Under the pieces are notes generated by a model, which was not told the DNA's origin, ran no database searches, and saw only the letters and a list, made by a program, of their open reading frames with translations. Shown here in pieces: positions 31,008-41,881 of a stretch of 64,000 nucleotides of DNA. Positions within the stretch are counted from its first letter, which is position 1. The number at the start of each line of letters is the position of its first letter. Origin of the DNA: Balamuthia mandrillaris (Eukaryota); assembly GCA_031835245.2 (NCBI GenBank), contig JAVKOQ020000043.1:186001-250000 (forward strand), given 5' to 3'. Position numbers and translations under genes: made by a program.

Positions 31008-32146
31008 ACAAACCGCGAGAATCATTTTTTTGACGGGAGTGTTGCCACGTGTGTCGTATAGAACAACATTACGATCGGTGGCGCTGCTTGCCAATACGTG
31101 TGTCTCGATCGGATTATACTTAACTGTTAGAATGGAGTCACAACCCCATGAATACGTTTGTATTGGCTCTGACCTTTGTGTTTGTTTATTTGTGTTGGCG
31201 TCAAATGTAATGAAGAAAAGAAAGAAACAAACAAACCTAGTGACATCCCAGACATCGACTTCAGTACCAGAGGTCACAAAGTTACTGGAACGAAGACGGT
31301 AGTCCAAACCGCTGAATGCATTCTTTCCAAGAAATGTGTTTATAGGCTGTTGACAGTGGTTATTAGAAAAGAAGAAAAGGCAAAAGGAGAAGAGGAAAGC
31401 AGAAGAAGAGCCAAACCGAAATGTCAGCCGTGTCCCGCTCTTCCATTTCGAGAGACCATTGCTTCACAGTCTGGTCATCTCCGCAAGAAAGAAACGTGTT
31501 GCCGTCCGAGGCAACCACCAAACCTCTCACGAAGCCCGCATGTGCTGGGATCGTCGCCAGCGCTTGTCTAGGCATGAGGAAGAAACAAACGAGAAAAATG
31601 GAGAAAGACCGAGAGAACAGAGAGAAGGAGAGAACAAGAGTAGAGAGGAAACGTGAGAAGAAAGGAACAAAGAGAGAAGAGGAAGAGAGAAGAGAGAAGA
31701 GAGAACGAGAGAACGAGAGAACGAGAGAACGAGAGAACGAGAGAACGAGAGAACGAGAGAACGAGAGAAGAGAAACAAACTTGGTGGAAAGGTTCCAGAC
31801 TTTGACCTCTCCATCACAGCTGCCGGAGAGAAAGGTGGAGAGGCGAGAGGGGTGCTTGGCCATGCAGAACACTCCGTCCGTGTGGCCGCTGAGGGCGGCG
31901 AGGAAGGGCTTGGCGTATATCTTGTCGACTTTAGTGGCGTTGAGGGCGCGCGTGTACTCCCTAGCCTTCTCAAAGGGGTGGATGGAGGGGTCCACGTTGC
32001 GGTGCACCCTCCGGAGGTCCACTTTGCGCTCCCGCGTGAACTCCTCCACATTCCTGGAGATCACGTTCACCTTCTGCTCCGGACCCCACAGAGAAAATTA
32101 GAACCATTTTTTTTGTGCTGTTGACAGAATAAAAAGGGCGGAGGAA

Positions 32147-32181
<35 letters not shown>

Positions 32182-32204
32182 GAGAAGAAGGAAAAACAAA
32201 CCAT
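29854..32204 (-). CDS. DCAF13: DDB1- and CUL4-associated factor 13 / SOF1 (U3 snoRNP WD40 protein)
   Basis: MKVNVISR...HPFEKAREYTRALNATKVDKIYAKPF; WD40 repeats; C-terminal Sof1 domain PEVKRIERHRHVPKSI. Confidence 0.95.
30608..30685. repeat. Intronic (GAACGA)n repeat; a related (GAACGAGA)n repeat lies at ~31703-31767
   Basis: Visible tandem repeats in DCAF13 introns. Confidence 0.85.
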
Positions 32205-32470
32205 CTTTCCGTTTCTTTCTTGTTTTATTTTTATTTTCGAATTTTTTTCCGACTTTCTTTCTTGCAAATATTTGTCGAAATGTCGACGATAAACAGTCCC
32301 ATTATCGGAACAATCGGCGAAAAATCGATAAAAATATATTGATGGATTTCTTCGCGGAAGGTACGAGGGTCCGTTGTCCAAGAATTATGAAAAGACTTTT
32401 TTTTTGCCACACGGCAGAACTGAGCAACTGTTTTTTTGGAACAAACACACACACACACAACGACGCACAA
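32205..32470. promoter_or_regulatory. Compact bidirectional promoter between DCAF13 and the E2 gene
   Basis: 266 bp between divergent ATGs; rich in TCG/CGA motifs including TGTCGAC at 32281-32287. Confidence 0.6.
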
Positions 32471-33151
32471 ATGGCAGGCGCTTCGGCAAAGAGGTTGGCA
32501 AAGGAGCTGAAGGAGATGGAGAAGAACCCCCTTCCTTGGGCAAAGGCTGAGCCCACAGGAGACAGTTTGTACAAATGGAAAGCCATCATCACCGGCCCTG
32601 TACGTTCTATTCCTTTTTTCTTTTTTTTTCAAGTTTAGCTCTAAAGACCCTCACCGAAAAAAAAAGTAGCGAAAATCCTTGCTTGCGCTCTTTTCTCACC
32701 CTACTTTTTTCCCCCGTTTTGTAGGAGAACACTCCTTATGATAAGGGAAGCTTCCAATTGGAACTGGAGATGCCCCCCGAGTACCCTTTCAAGGCCCCCA
32801 AAGTGAAGTTCCTCACCAAAATCTATCACCCCAACGTCAAAAGTGATGGTCAGCTCTGTTCCGAAGTGCTCAACCAGGGCTGGAGTCCTCAGCTTAAGAT
32901 CCCTGAAGGTAGAACCATCACGCACTGTTTTTTTTTCTCCTTCCATCCGAGGCTTTTGATTATTCTTGTAGGGTCTTCAACAACTCACCATTGCATTTTT
33001 TTTCCCTCTAGTGTTGCTCACCATCCGCCAAGTGTTGGTGGAGCCCAATCCCGACAATCCTCTCGAGCCCGAAATCGCCAACCAGTACAAGGAGAACCGC
33101 ACTCAGTTCAACAAGACTGCCAAAGAGTGGACGAAAAAGTATGCCAAGTAA
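32471..33151 (+). CDS. Ubiquitin-conjugating enzyme E2 (3 exons)
   Basis: [16 protein letters not shown]...[26 protein letters not shown] (active-site Cys)...[12 protein letters not shown]...[10 protein letters not shown]. Confidence 0.95.
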
Positions 33152-33340
33152 TCGCCACTGGGAGGAAGATTTGAAGAGATTAAAGAGGCGCGGGTGGTAC
33201 AACCGTTGGAGGAAGTAAGCCTTTTTTTTGCCTCCTCTTCTGCTTTTGTATCCCCTCTTTTGTTTTTTTCTCTTTACATGTAAAGACGTACAATTACTAT
33301 CATTTCTCCTTCTTTTCTGTACACACGCCCTTTCGTTCGT

Positions 33341-33635
33341 TCACACTTCTTCTCCGAAAACGACTTTGAGGGCATTCTCTGCTGCCACTATAGTGTATAA
33401 CATCCCATCACGGAAGAAACAAGTTAAAAGAGAGCACAAGAAGAAGAAGAAGATCAAGAACAAACGAGCTAATGAGTGACCTTGTTCAGCGCTTTGCCGG
33501 GAGTAACTGGTGCCTTCCGCCAAGAAGCGATCCAACAAATAAACACCTACCGTAAAAACGCGCATGTGTGGTGGTCCGCTCTCCGATATTATCCTACGAC
33601 ATTGTTGTGAGAAGAAGTTTGGTTGAAATGAAGAA

Positions 33636-33684
<49 letters not shown>

Positions 33685-34961
33685 CAGAGAGAGAGAGACA
33701 GAGAGACAGAGACAGAGAGAGAGAGAGCAGAGAGAGAAGGAAGAGAGCAGAAACCGATAGGAAGGGCCTTTGCTGCGGTTGCGTGTCTTGGCAAGGATTT
33801 TATGTTGGAGACAGGTCTTGGCATCTCGCCATTCCCTGTCGGTGATAGCTTGCATGGCCCTCGGGAATATGCACACCTCCGCGAATGTCTCCACGCAACC
33901 CATCCCTTTGTCTAACAGCAATGCTCCCACAAACGCTAAAAAGTTGTTGTTTGTTTGTTAAAGAATGAAAGATAAAAAGAGAGCAAAAATAAAAAAAACC
34001 TTCAAAACAATCGGCAAGCATGTTGGTATTGGCACGAGGAAGAAAGGTTTGGGCAGGAAAGAAGCGAAGGTAGTTGGCAAAGCCAAGCGACTCGGCAATG
34101 CCTGATAGAGCGCTGTTGCTCACCAACATACTTCGCAGTAACTCCAGGTAGAGAAGATACCACTTAATGTTAGGAAAAAGAGAAGCACGAAAGAGTGGGT
34201 AAACGTACAGTAAGTTCTCCTTCTTGAAGAAAAGGGAAAGTAAAATAGAGATGACGACTGGTAACGAACTGAAGGATGGCGTCTCCCAAGAACTCCAACC
34301 GCTGATTGTTGCCAATCCCTAAAATGTCCATTCCGTTGGAAAAAGAGGGATGGGTGAAGGCGCGCACGAGTAGCCTAATGTGACGGAAGACGATGCCTAA
34401 AGATTGCTCCAACTCAGTGAAGCGTTTGATGATAGGAGAGCGTAAGATCTCTTCGCGGTCGGTGGGAAAGGGGGTTTGTAGAGGGTGGCGAGGACAACGC
34501 AACCATAGCTGTCGAAACTTTTTCTCCTCTGGGTCGTTGCCAGGAAAGAGCTGTTCAGCAAAAAGTCTGCAACAAGTGTCTAATCCTTGATCCACATATA
34601 CTGCTCCTGTTACAGTTATTGTTTTTGAATTAGGGAAAAAAAAAAAAAAAGACAACGAGAAGAGAATCAGAAGAGAGGAAGGGAGAATATGGAGAACAAG
34701 CGAAAGAACAAGAGATTACCAAGTAAAGACTCGAAACAATCCGCAATCATGTAACGGCGTACCAAGCCTTCTTGAAGGAGGTCTTCGCTGTAGCCGTAGA
34801 GAATGTAGCTATCAAGATTAAGATTGCTAGCAATATGGGCTAAAAACTTATTGTTCACCATGCTCGAACGCATTATTGTAAGATCTCCTTCTTTATGCTC
34901 CGGAAGCTATCATAATGAACACAGAAAGTCAATTTGTGATTGGAGAAACCACAAAGAACGA

Positions 34962-34996
<35 letters not shown>

Positions 34997-35799
34997 ACCT
35001 GACAAAATAAGCTAAAGCTACAAATAAATTCCAGGATGGCATCGCCCAAGAATTCCAATCGCTGGTTGTGTATGATGCCGACAGGCATGAATGGACCAAC
35101 ATTTTTCTTCTGTTCCGTCCCATCCAGAATTGCATTCTCCAGCGTTTTCGCCATATGAAATGTGCTATTATGTCGTCCTGTGATATCATTATCAGTACTT
35201 TGGCACATGTGTGGCACAAGGCAAGAAACGAGAAACCAGGAAAAAAATAAGAGAAGAGAAGAATAAAAAGCAAGATAAGAACCTTTGTAGGTTCTTCCGC
35301 TTTTGCAAGTTGCAGAGTAGGAAGGCCCCGACGGCCGATAGATATGGTAGAGTCTATGTGGCACTTTACCGCAACTTGAACAAATGCGATAGTAGATGTG
35401 TTCCAGTGCTGCAGCATACAGTGCAAAAACTTCAAGATAAGAAACATGAGTGAACACCTATTTTGAGTGGAATGTTATTTGTAAAAGCTCGAGAAAAAGA
35501 AAGGAGAAGAAAAAGTCATTAGAAGGAGAATGGCACCTGTTCAAGTAATTGCTTGTTGCGAAAGGTTATATTGATGCTTTTCTCGAAGCGAGACAACGTT
35601 GCAAATAGACGAGTATGATGGATAACAGCAGGCATCAACGCTCCTGCTTTGCAAATGTCCACCTTTAGCGGTGATACAGTGCAGAGTTCGGGTACTAAGT
35701 ACATCGCGTTGGAGCGATCTTTCCGAAACACTTCCAATACGCTCTCTAAGAGGAAAAATTTAGCTACGTTCTAAAAACAATAAGCGAATAATCGAGGGG

Positions 35800-35851
<52 letters not shown>

Positions 35852-36122
35852 CTGGAGGCATAGGGGAAAGGGCGCCTGGCCCAGGGAGAAGCCCATGCGT
35901 TGAGGTCAGGAGGAGAGCGGACGAAGTGACGGTAGTTAACTTCGTTATTGTTGCTGCCACTGCCCGTTCCATAACTGGAGGTAGTAACTCTTTTACGCAA
36001 TGGGCATGGCGCTGTGTTGTAAATCATGCCAGTTTCAGTTGTTTGCAACTTGATATTATGTTCTCGTTCGAAGTAGTCGTAGAAGTTTGATTGCTGCAAT
36101 AAATGAATTATTTATTGTTAGA

Positions 36123-36159
<37 letters not shown>

Positions 36160-37886
36160 ATACAAAGTGAGAGGAAAAAAACTAGAGAAAAGAGACAAAC
36201 CTCATCGTTACTATCATTAGAGTAATAATAGGTATTTGTTGGATTTAAAGTAGGATTAAATCCGTCAATGCGAAAAGCAACATGAAAAGTACAATATTCC
36301 GTGGTAGCGATGTGGTTCCTCAGCCGCGAGCGAAGCATATCTTGCCAGTACCATCGTGGGTTTGCCTGCTGCTGATTATGTTTTATAGGGGGCTGAAGAG
36401 GAGGTTGAAGGTGAGAGAAAGAAGAATGAAGTGGCCATTGAGCTACCAGTTGGGCGTCTCGTGGATCGGTTGATGCTACATTAGTAGAAGAAAGGGCCGA
36501 TGGTCCTCCTTCCTCTGTTATCATTGCTTCATTGGTCCATCTTTGCAGCAGCTCTTCTGCATTGATGGACGTATCGCAAATGAGTTGACACACAATCGTT
36601 ATAGGTAACTCCTCCATTCGATTCTTCTTCATTGTCTCTCTTTGTTCTGCTACGTTGTTGTTGTCGTTGATGGAGAGTGCTACAAAGCGAGGACATATGT
36701 GAAAACGACGGCAGCCGTTAACTCGCCTCCTGCTAGAGTCATAGTGAGTGGTGGGACCAAGCCACTGCCAGTCGTCCACTTCCAGCAACGTCCCAAATAG
36801 GTACTCGTGAAACCATTCCATTGCCTTCAGGTGCGCCCACTCCATTGCAGCTTGTTCGTCCGTTTCTTCTTCCTTTCCTTCTTCTTCTCCTTTTATCTTT
36901 TTGTCTTTTTCGTTTGCGTTTGTTTCACCATCCAGCTCTCCTTCTTCTTTGATACCTTCTTTTTGGTCTCTTGTAGCTACAGAATTCGCTGGCGAAGAGG
37001 AAGAGGAAGAGGAAGAGGAAGAGGAAGAGGAAGAGGAAGAGGAAGAGGAAGAGGAAGAGGAAGAGGAAGAGGAAGAAGGTGGAATGAAGAAGGAAGGCAT
37101 GGGGCAAGGCGTGAGGGTAGCACGCCAGGGCTTGGCCTCCACTCTCAGGGTTGCAGGTGGCAGCCTCGGTGGGAGCTGCACATGAGAGAGCAAGTAGAAC
37201 CCCTCAAAGCCATAGTCCTCCCCTTCATAGCGCAGCACCGAACGTTCCCCCATAGGAGGCCACCAGTGGTTGCTGCTGTTGTCGCCCAAAGAAGAAGAAG
37301 AAGAACAAGAACAAGAAGAAGAACAAGAAGAAGAAGAAGAAGAAGAAGAACAAGGTACTTCTGTTCCCTCTTGATCTTCGAGCAACGCTGATCCCTCAGA
37401 CGGTCCTTTGGGTGAGTACTTTGCTCCTTCTTCTCCTTCTTCCTCATTTTCATCGTGTTGCGTGGCGGGGCAGATGCGCAGCAAGTACGGGTAGAGACGA
37501 GAGGGACGGCACTGCCGCAAGGGAAGGGCCTCCTCTTCCTCCTCGCCGGGAAACAGCACAAGGGAGGCCTGCTCGTGGATACCACCTATCCGTTTCGTGT
37601 GTCCACGCTTTGTTGTTGTTGTTGTTGTTGTTGAGGCGATGGAAGCGGTGGTGGTGGAGGTGGTGCGGCAATGGTCTTTTTCCTCCTTTTCATCTTTCTC
37701 CTTTCGACCGTCCCTTCTTTCCCTGGAGGCAGGGTAACGGTTTCCAGCAGCACGAGAAGAAGAAGTAGAGGAGACGTCTCGGTATTCTCCTAAACGTGGC
37801 CGCTTGGTGGAACTTCCACCTCCGCCGCCTTCCTCCCGCCTGGCGCCAGGGCCCTTGCTGCGCCGTTGCTCTTCTCTACGTTTCAT
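33341..37886 (-). CDS. DROSHA: Drosha-like class 2 ribonuclease III (central domain, PAZ-like segment, RIIIa, RIIIb, dsRBD; no helicase); multi-exon
   Basis: Two RNase III signatures, HNQRLEFLGDAILEF (~35030-35070) and NNQRLEFLGDAILQF (~34270-34310), each with ADCFE. Inter-domain linker CPRHPLQ...TDREEILRSPIIKRFTELEQSLGIVFRHIRLLVRAFT. C-terminal dsRBD WRDAKTCLQ...SGPPHMRVFTVGVY...SAEQVAAENAL. Upstream motifs FPGEE..CRP, FEGFYLLSH and CRRFHICPRF match the animal Drosha central domain as I recall it. Confidence 0.88.
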
Positions 37887-38242
37887 TCTTCTTTTTCTGC
37901 TACACTTTTGCTACACTTGTTTTTTTGCCTTTCCACTTTTGGAGTTCGATGACGTCATGCGGGTGGAAACTTCAGATGTCGACAAAAATAAGAGCAAACG
38001 GCGCGAGGAGGCACCACCCAACCACCACGGCATCTTTGGGCAGTCCGCCCAAAGCCCCCCATACAGCCCACCTGTGAGCAAGGACGGAGTCGCTGCTAAG
38101 GCGGCGCAAAGATCATAAGATCTAAGGACAACGAAAAAAGGAAAAAATTCAAAATTCGCCGCCTTAGAGTCGCTGCTTGCTGAAAAGATAGAAAAAAAAA
38201 AAAGCAAATGCAATGAATGGTGTTTTTTTTTATATTCACAAG

Positions 38243-40312
38243 TTAAAATAAGTCGCTGGAACGAAGTGCCCTGCGGTGAAGAAAGCAGAGACAACGTCAG
38301 AAAAACGCAAAGGAAGGAAAAAGAAAAGAAACAGAAACAGAAACAGAAACAAAAACAAAAACAAACCTGGGAGCGGTCGAAGTGGTGGCGTCAAGAATGG
38401 CAATCGCCCATGCACGCTCGAATCCCAACTCGTGCAAAAATTCGCCCGCTGACTTTGGTCGATGCTGGGCCAGTGCCTCCTCCGCCAAACTTTTTAGCTT
38501 CGGATAATTTTTCCTGTTGGTTGAACATGCAATGGAAAAACAAGAATGAGAAGAAAGGCAGAAGCAAGAAGAAAGAAGACATACAAGAAAGTGATAAGGT
38601 ATTCTTTGGTGTCGATGCCACAGGAAATACGAATGTAATGGCAGGCATCGAACGTCCAAAGGATGTTTCTGGTATGAAACAGCTTTCGTCGCGCCATTTC
38701 CTTCCACAGCGGAAGCCCGAATGAGTTGGAACAAAAGTTGAGAGCCGTCCAGGCGTAGCACCACAACAGCTTCAACCGTTTCTTGGGCGAGGTGATGCCC
38801 AACAACTTGTTCACAATGGTTGGTTTGGTGATAGGAACCAATGTTGGAGTGATGGTCGTGTTCTGCATTGGTTAATATTCGTTTCGTCAGTCATGAAACA
38901 CACAACAAATAAACAAGGACAAGAAGCGAAAGGAGGAACCTTATGGCGCAGCCTAATGCGAGAATTGTAGGCCTTATGATAACCCGCCTCAGTGGTAAAT
39001 GTTACTGCCACAAGATCTGTTTTAAAACGCATTAGACTTCTTTTCTTTGTCTTGGACGTGAGCACACAAAATGAAGAAAGGAGCGAAGAAAACCTTGAAG
39101 AAGGCTAGGAACTTTGGAGCGAATACCCTGCATGTTCTCATCGGGTATTCGAACAACACGCGAAACAGGAATGTTGCCCTTCACTTCGTACAAATGACGT
39201 ATCTCCTCCAACGGGAAGGAACGAGGTATGCCGGACAAAAACAGGCTCTCCTCGAACTTTTTGTCCTTTGCAACTTTGGCCCTTCCTGCAAAGGACCACA
39301 CGTCCGTTCCATCGATGCTCGCGTACTTTATTCTTGGATTCTGGCATCTGTCATTCATTGTCTCGTTGAGCATTCAAAAGTTGCTGGCAGGAAAACAGAT
39401 AGAGCAGAAGAGAAGCAATAAAGAGATAAAAGGAAGAGAAAAAAAGGCACCTGGAAATGGTGGAGGTCCAGTTTTGGGCAAGCAATACACGTCCCTCATA
39501 CAGCTTCTTCCAAGTGCATGTCCTAACGTGCAAGAAAGAAAGAGATGAGAGGAGAGAAAGAAAAGAATGGACGAAATGTTTGGTATGCACAAACCCATCC
39601 ACAAACAATACGTCCAAATGGTCGATGATGAGAGGGTCCAGAGCAGAAGGAAACTCTGCAATGAACTGAGCTTTGCAGAGGTATCTGTCCTGCGTATAAC
39701 GGTACCATTCCTTACATACACTCTCACACCTGCACCGCAAATAAGCACGATAAGAACTGGGACAAATAGAAGGAGGAAAAAGAAGAAAAAGCACAAAGAA
39801 GGAAGGAAGGAACAAACAAGAGCGATAGAAAGCAGAAAAAGCACGAAAGAGGACGAAAGAAGCAAAAAACAAAAAAGAAAGAACAAGAAAGACGGATGAA
39901 ACAGGGTACAGTAGTAAGGGAGAGACCTGAGCAACGTTCTCCAATCGCAGAAAGAAAAGATGTGCAGCTTCAACTCGGGAGAAAGCAGAGCAAAGAGGCC
40001 TTGCTGAAGGCTGTAGTGCAGCCTGGGGCTTCTGATGAAGGAGGCGGAGGGGGAGGAGGACGGAGAGCACTTGTTGCTCTTGCTACGTCGGTGCTGCTTC
40101 TTCTTCTTGTGGCCCTTTCGTTTATGCTTGCCTTGAGTTTGGGGTTGTACCTGCTGTTGCACGGTGAAAGCAGAAGCAGCGGTGGAAGTGGTGGTGGCGG
40201 TTATGCCAGAGCGGTAGGCTCGCTCGTCCTCATCGTTGTTGTTGTTGTCGTGGCTGTGAAGATGGATAGCACGAAGAAAGTGGTTTTGAAGGTGATGAGA
40301 TTCTTGTTCCAT
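38243..40312 (-). CDS. F-box protein with a putative RRM-like central domain; multi-exon
   Basis: F-box LLSPELKLHIFSFCDWRTLL/RCESVCKEWY; later ESLFLSGIPRSFPLEEIRHLY...LVAVTFTTEAGYHKA resembles RNP2/RNP1 spacing. 3' exons traced to a stop at 38243. Confidence 0.65.
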
Positions 40313-40979
40313 GTCACACTGCCGACCAAAGTCACACAAGCGGATGTTTGTTGATGTGGTTGTTTGTTTTGTTTTAAAAACAGGCCAAGTAGTAGTGGTG
40401 AGAGGTTGAAAGAGGGTCGAAAAAAAAAACGCAAGCAAAATGGGGTTCTCTCCTTCTCTTTCCTGGCAACTTGCTTTCCAAAACCAAATGACTGCTTTGC
40501 CTTCTTATTCAAAAAAACAAAAAAATTACAAATAGGAGAAAAAAAAACTCCTCTGCTACGTACAAAAAAAGGGCAGAAGAAGGGAAGAGAGGGGGAAGTC
40601 GCCCCAGCACCCACCCGTTTCTCTTTTTCTCTCACCACAGCACTGTGCAATATTATTCGCCGAGAAGGAGAGAGTCTCTCTCTCGCTCTTGTCGGCTTGG
40701 ACCTGGGGGGATGATGGTGGTGTTCTATTTTTTTCCATCTCAGCGAAATTTTGCGGGTAGGTTATTGGAACGATTATTTTTGGTAGGGTTATGCCGTTAC
40801 AAACCCTAACCTTCATTTCAGTAGATGTCGACGGAAATGAGCATGGATATATATGATTTCGTATTGGAGAATACAGATCGATTGGGTGATCAGTAAGCGT
40901 CACTGAAAAAAAACACAACGCCGATTTTAAAAAAAAATAAACAGAAACGAAAAGAAAGGAGAAGAGAACACACGAAGCA

Positions 40980-41565
40980 ATGGCAGGTTACAAGGCGGTG
41001 ATGCTGTGCAAGGAAGGACAGACATGGGCACAATGGGACGCTTCCGGTCGTGCCTACGGCATTGCCCATCTCGAATTTCCCCCTGACGCTGAAATCGGTA
41101 TGTCCCTCGTATTTTTGCCTCTCACACTCGAGATCACATCGCGATGGTCTTTGTTCCCCCTGTGGTCTCACCGTCTTCTTTCTCGACTCTTGCTTCTTGG
41201 CCACCTCTTTCTCTTTCTTTCTTGCGTTTCGTTCAACAGTGGTTCCCAATCCCAAGGCTGAGCACCAGGACACCGTTTTCATCGGCAAGAGGAGGGCCGC
41301 TCGGGCGACCATCACCAAGCTCGTGGACCTGGAGGGCAACGAGGTGGACGGCGACGTCTTTGGCAGGAGCGACTTTGCCTGGACCTTCCTCTACAAGAAG
41401 GGCGGCCAGGTGGGCCTCCTCGAGACCGAAACGGAGAGCTACGAGAAGATGAAGGACTTTCGTGACTTGGAAAAGACCTGCACGCCCGGCATTCACTTCT
41501 TCGACACCGAGGAGGGCGCCAAGAACATGGCCCTCTTCTGGAAGAACATCCACCAGAACGCTTAA
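40980..41565 (+). CDS. Small DUF5758-like protein (2 exons; intron ~41098-41239)
   Basis: GYKAV...IAHLEFPPDAEIVVP...GKRRAARATI...SDFAWTFLYKKGGQV...DFRDLEKTCTPGIHFFDTEEGA matches the DUF5758 pattern (KxR, F.Y..G, C..GIHFF) as I recall it. Confidence 0.65.
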
Positions 41566-41881
41566 AACCTCTTTCTTTTTTTTTCTTCAACAACAAAAGT
41601 GAAGACGCGTCTTTCGTGTCTTTTGTAACATTGTTTTCTTGCTTTCGCCAGACCAGCCCTTGTTGGCAGAAGCGGCAAGAGAGAAAGAGAGAGAGAGAAA
41701 AGAGAGAGAAGAGAGAAGAGAGAGAGAGGAAAAATGGTTATAAATAATCTTCTTGTTCTTCTTCTGTGTGGGAGGAAGAGAAAAACAAGAAGAAACTTGA
41801 CAAAACAAAAAGGTGGTGGTTGAAAGGGTGGAGAAGAAAACACGGATCTTGCTCCTGAATAAATAAAATAAATAACTAAAT

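Noticed and set aside
15377..37886. Hairpin and Drosha-like gene forming a functional gene cluster
   Set aside because: They are ~17 kb apart with unrelated housekeeping genes between them, and eukaryotic proximity alone is not evidence of linkage.
37911..38294. Possible extra N-terminal exon or helicase for the RNase III gene
   Set aside because: Short ORF ending in a stop before 37886 with no helicase motifs; the region contains the promoter-associated TGTCGAC, and the upstream F-box gene ends at 38243.
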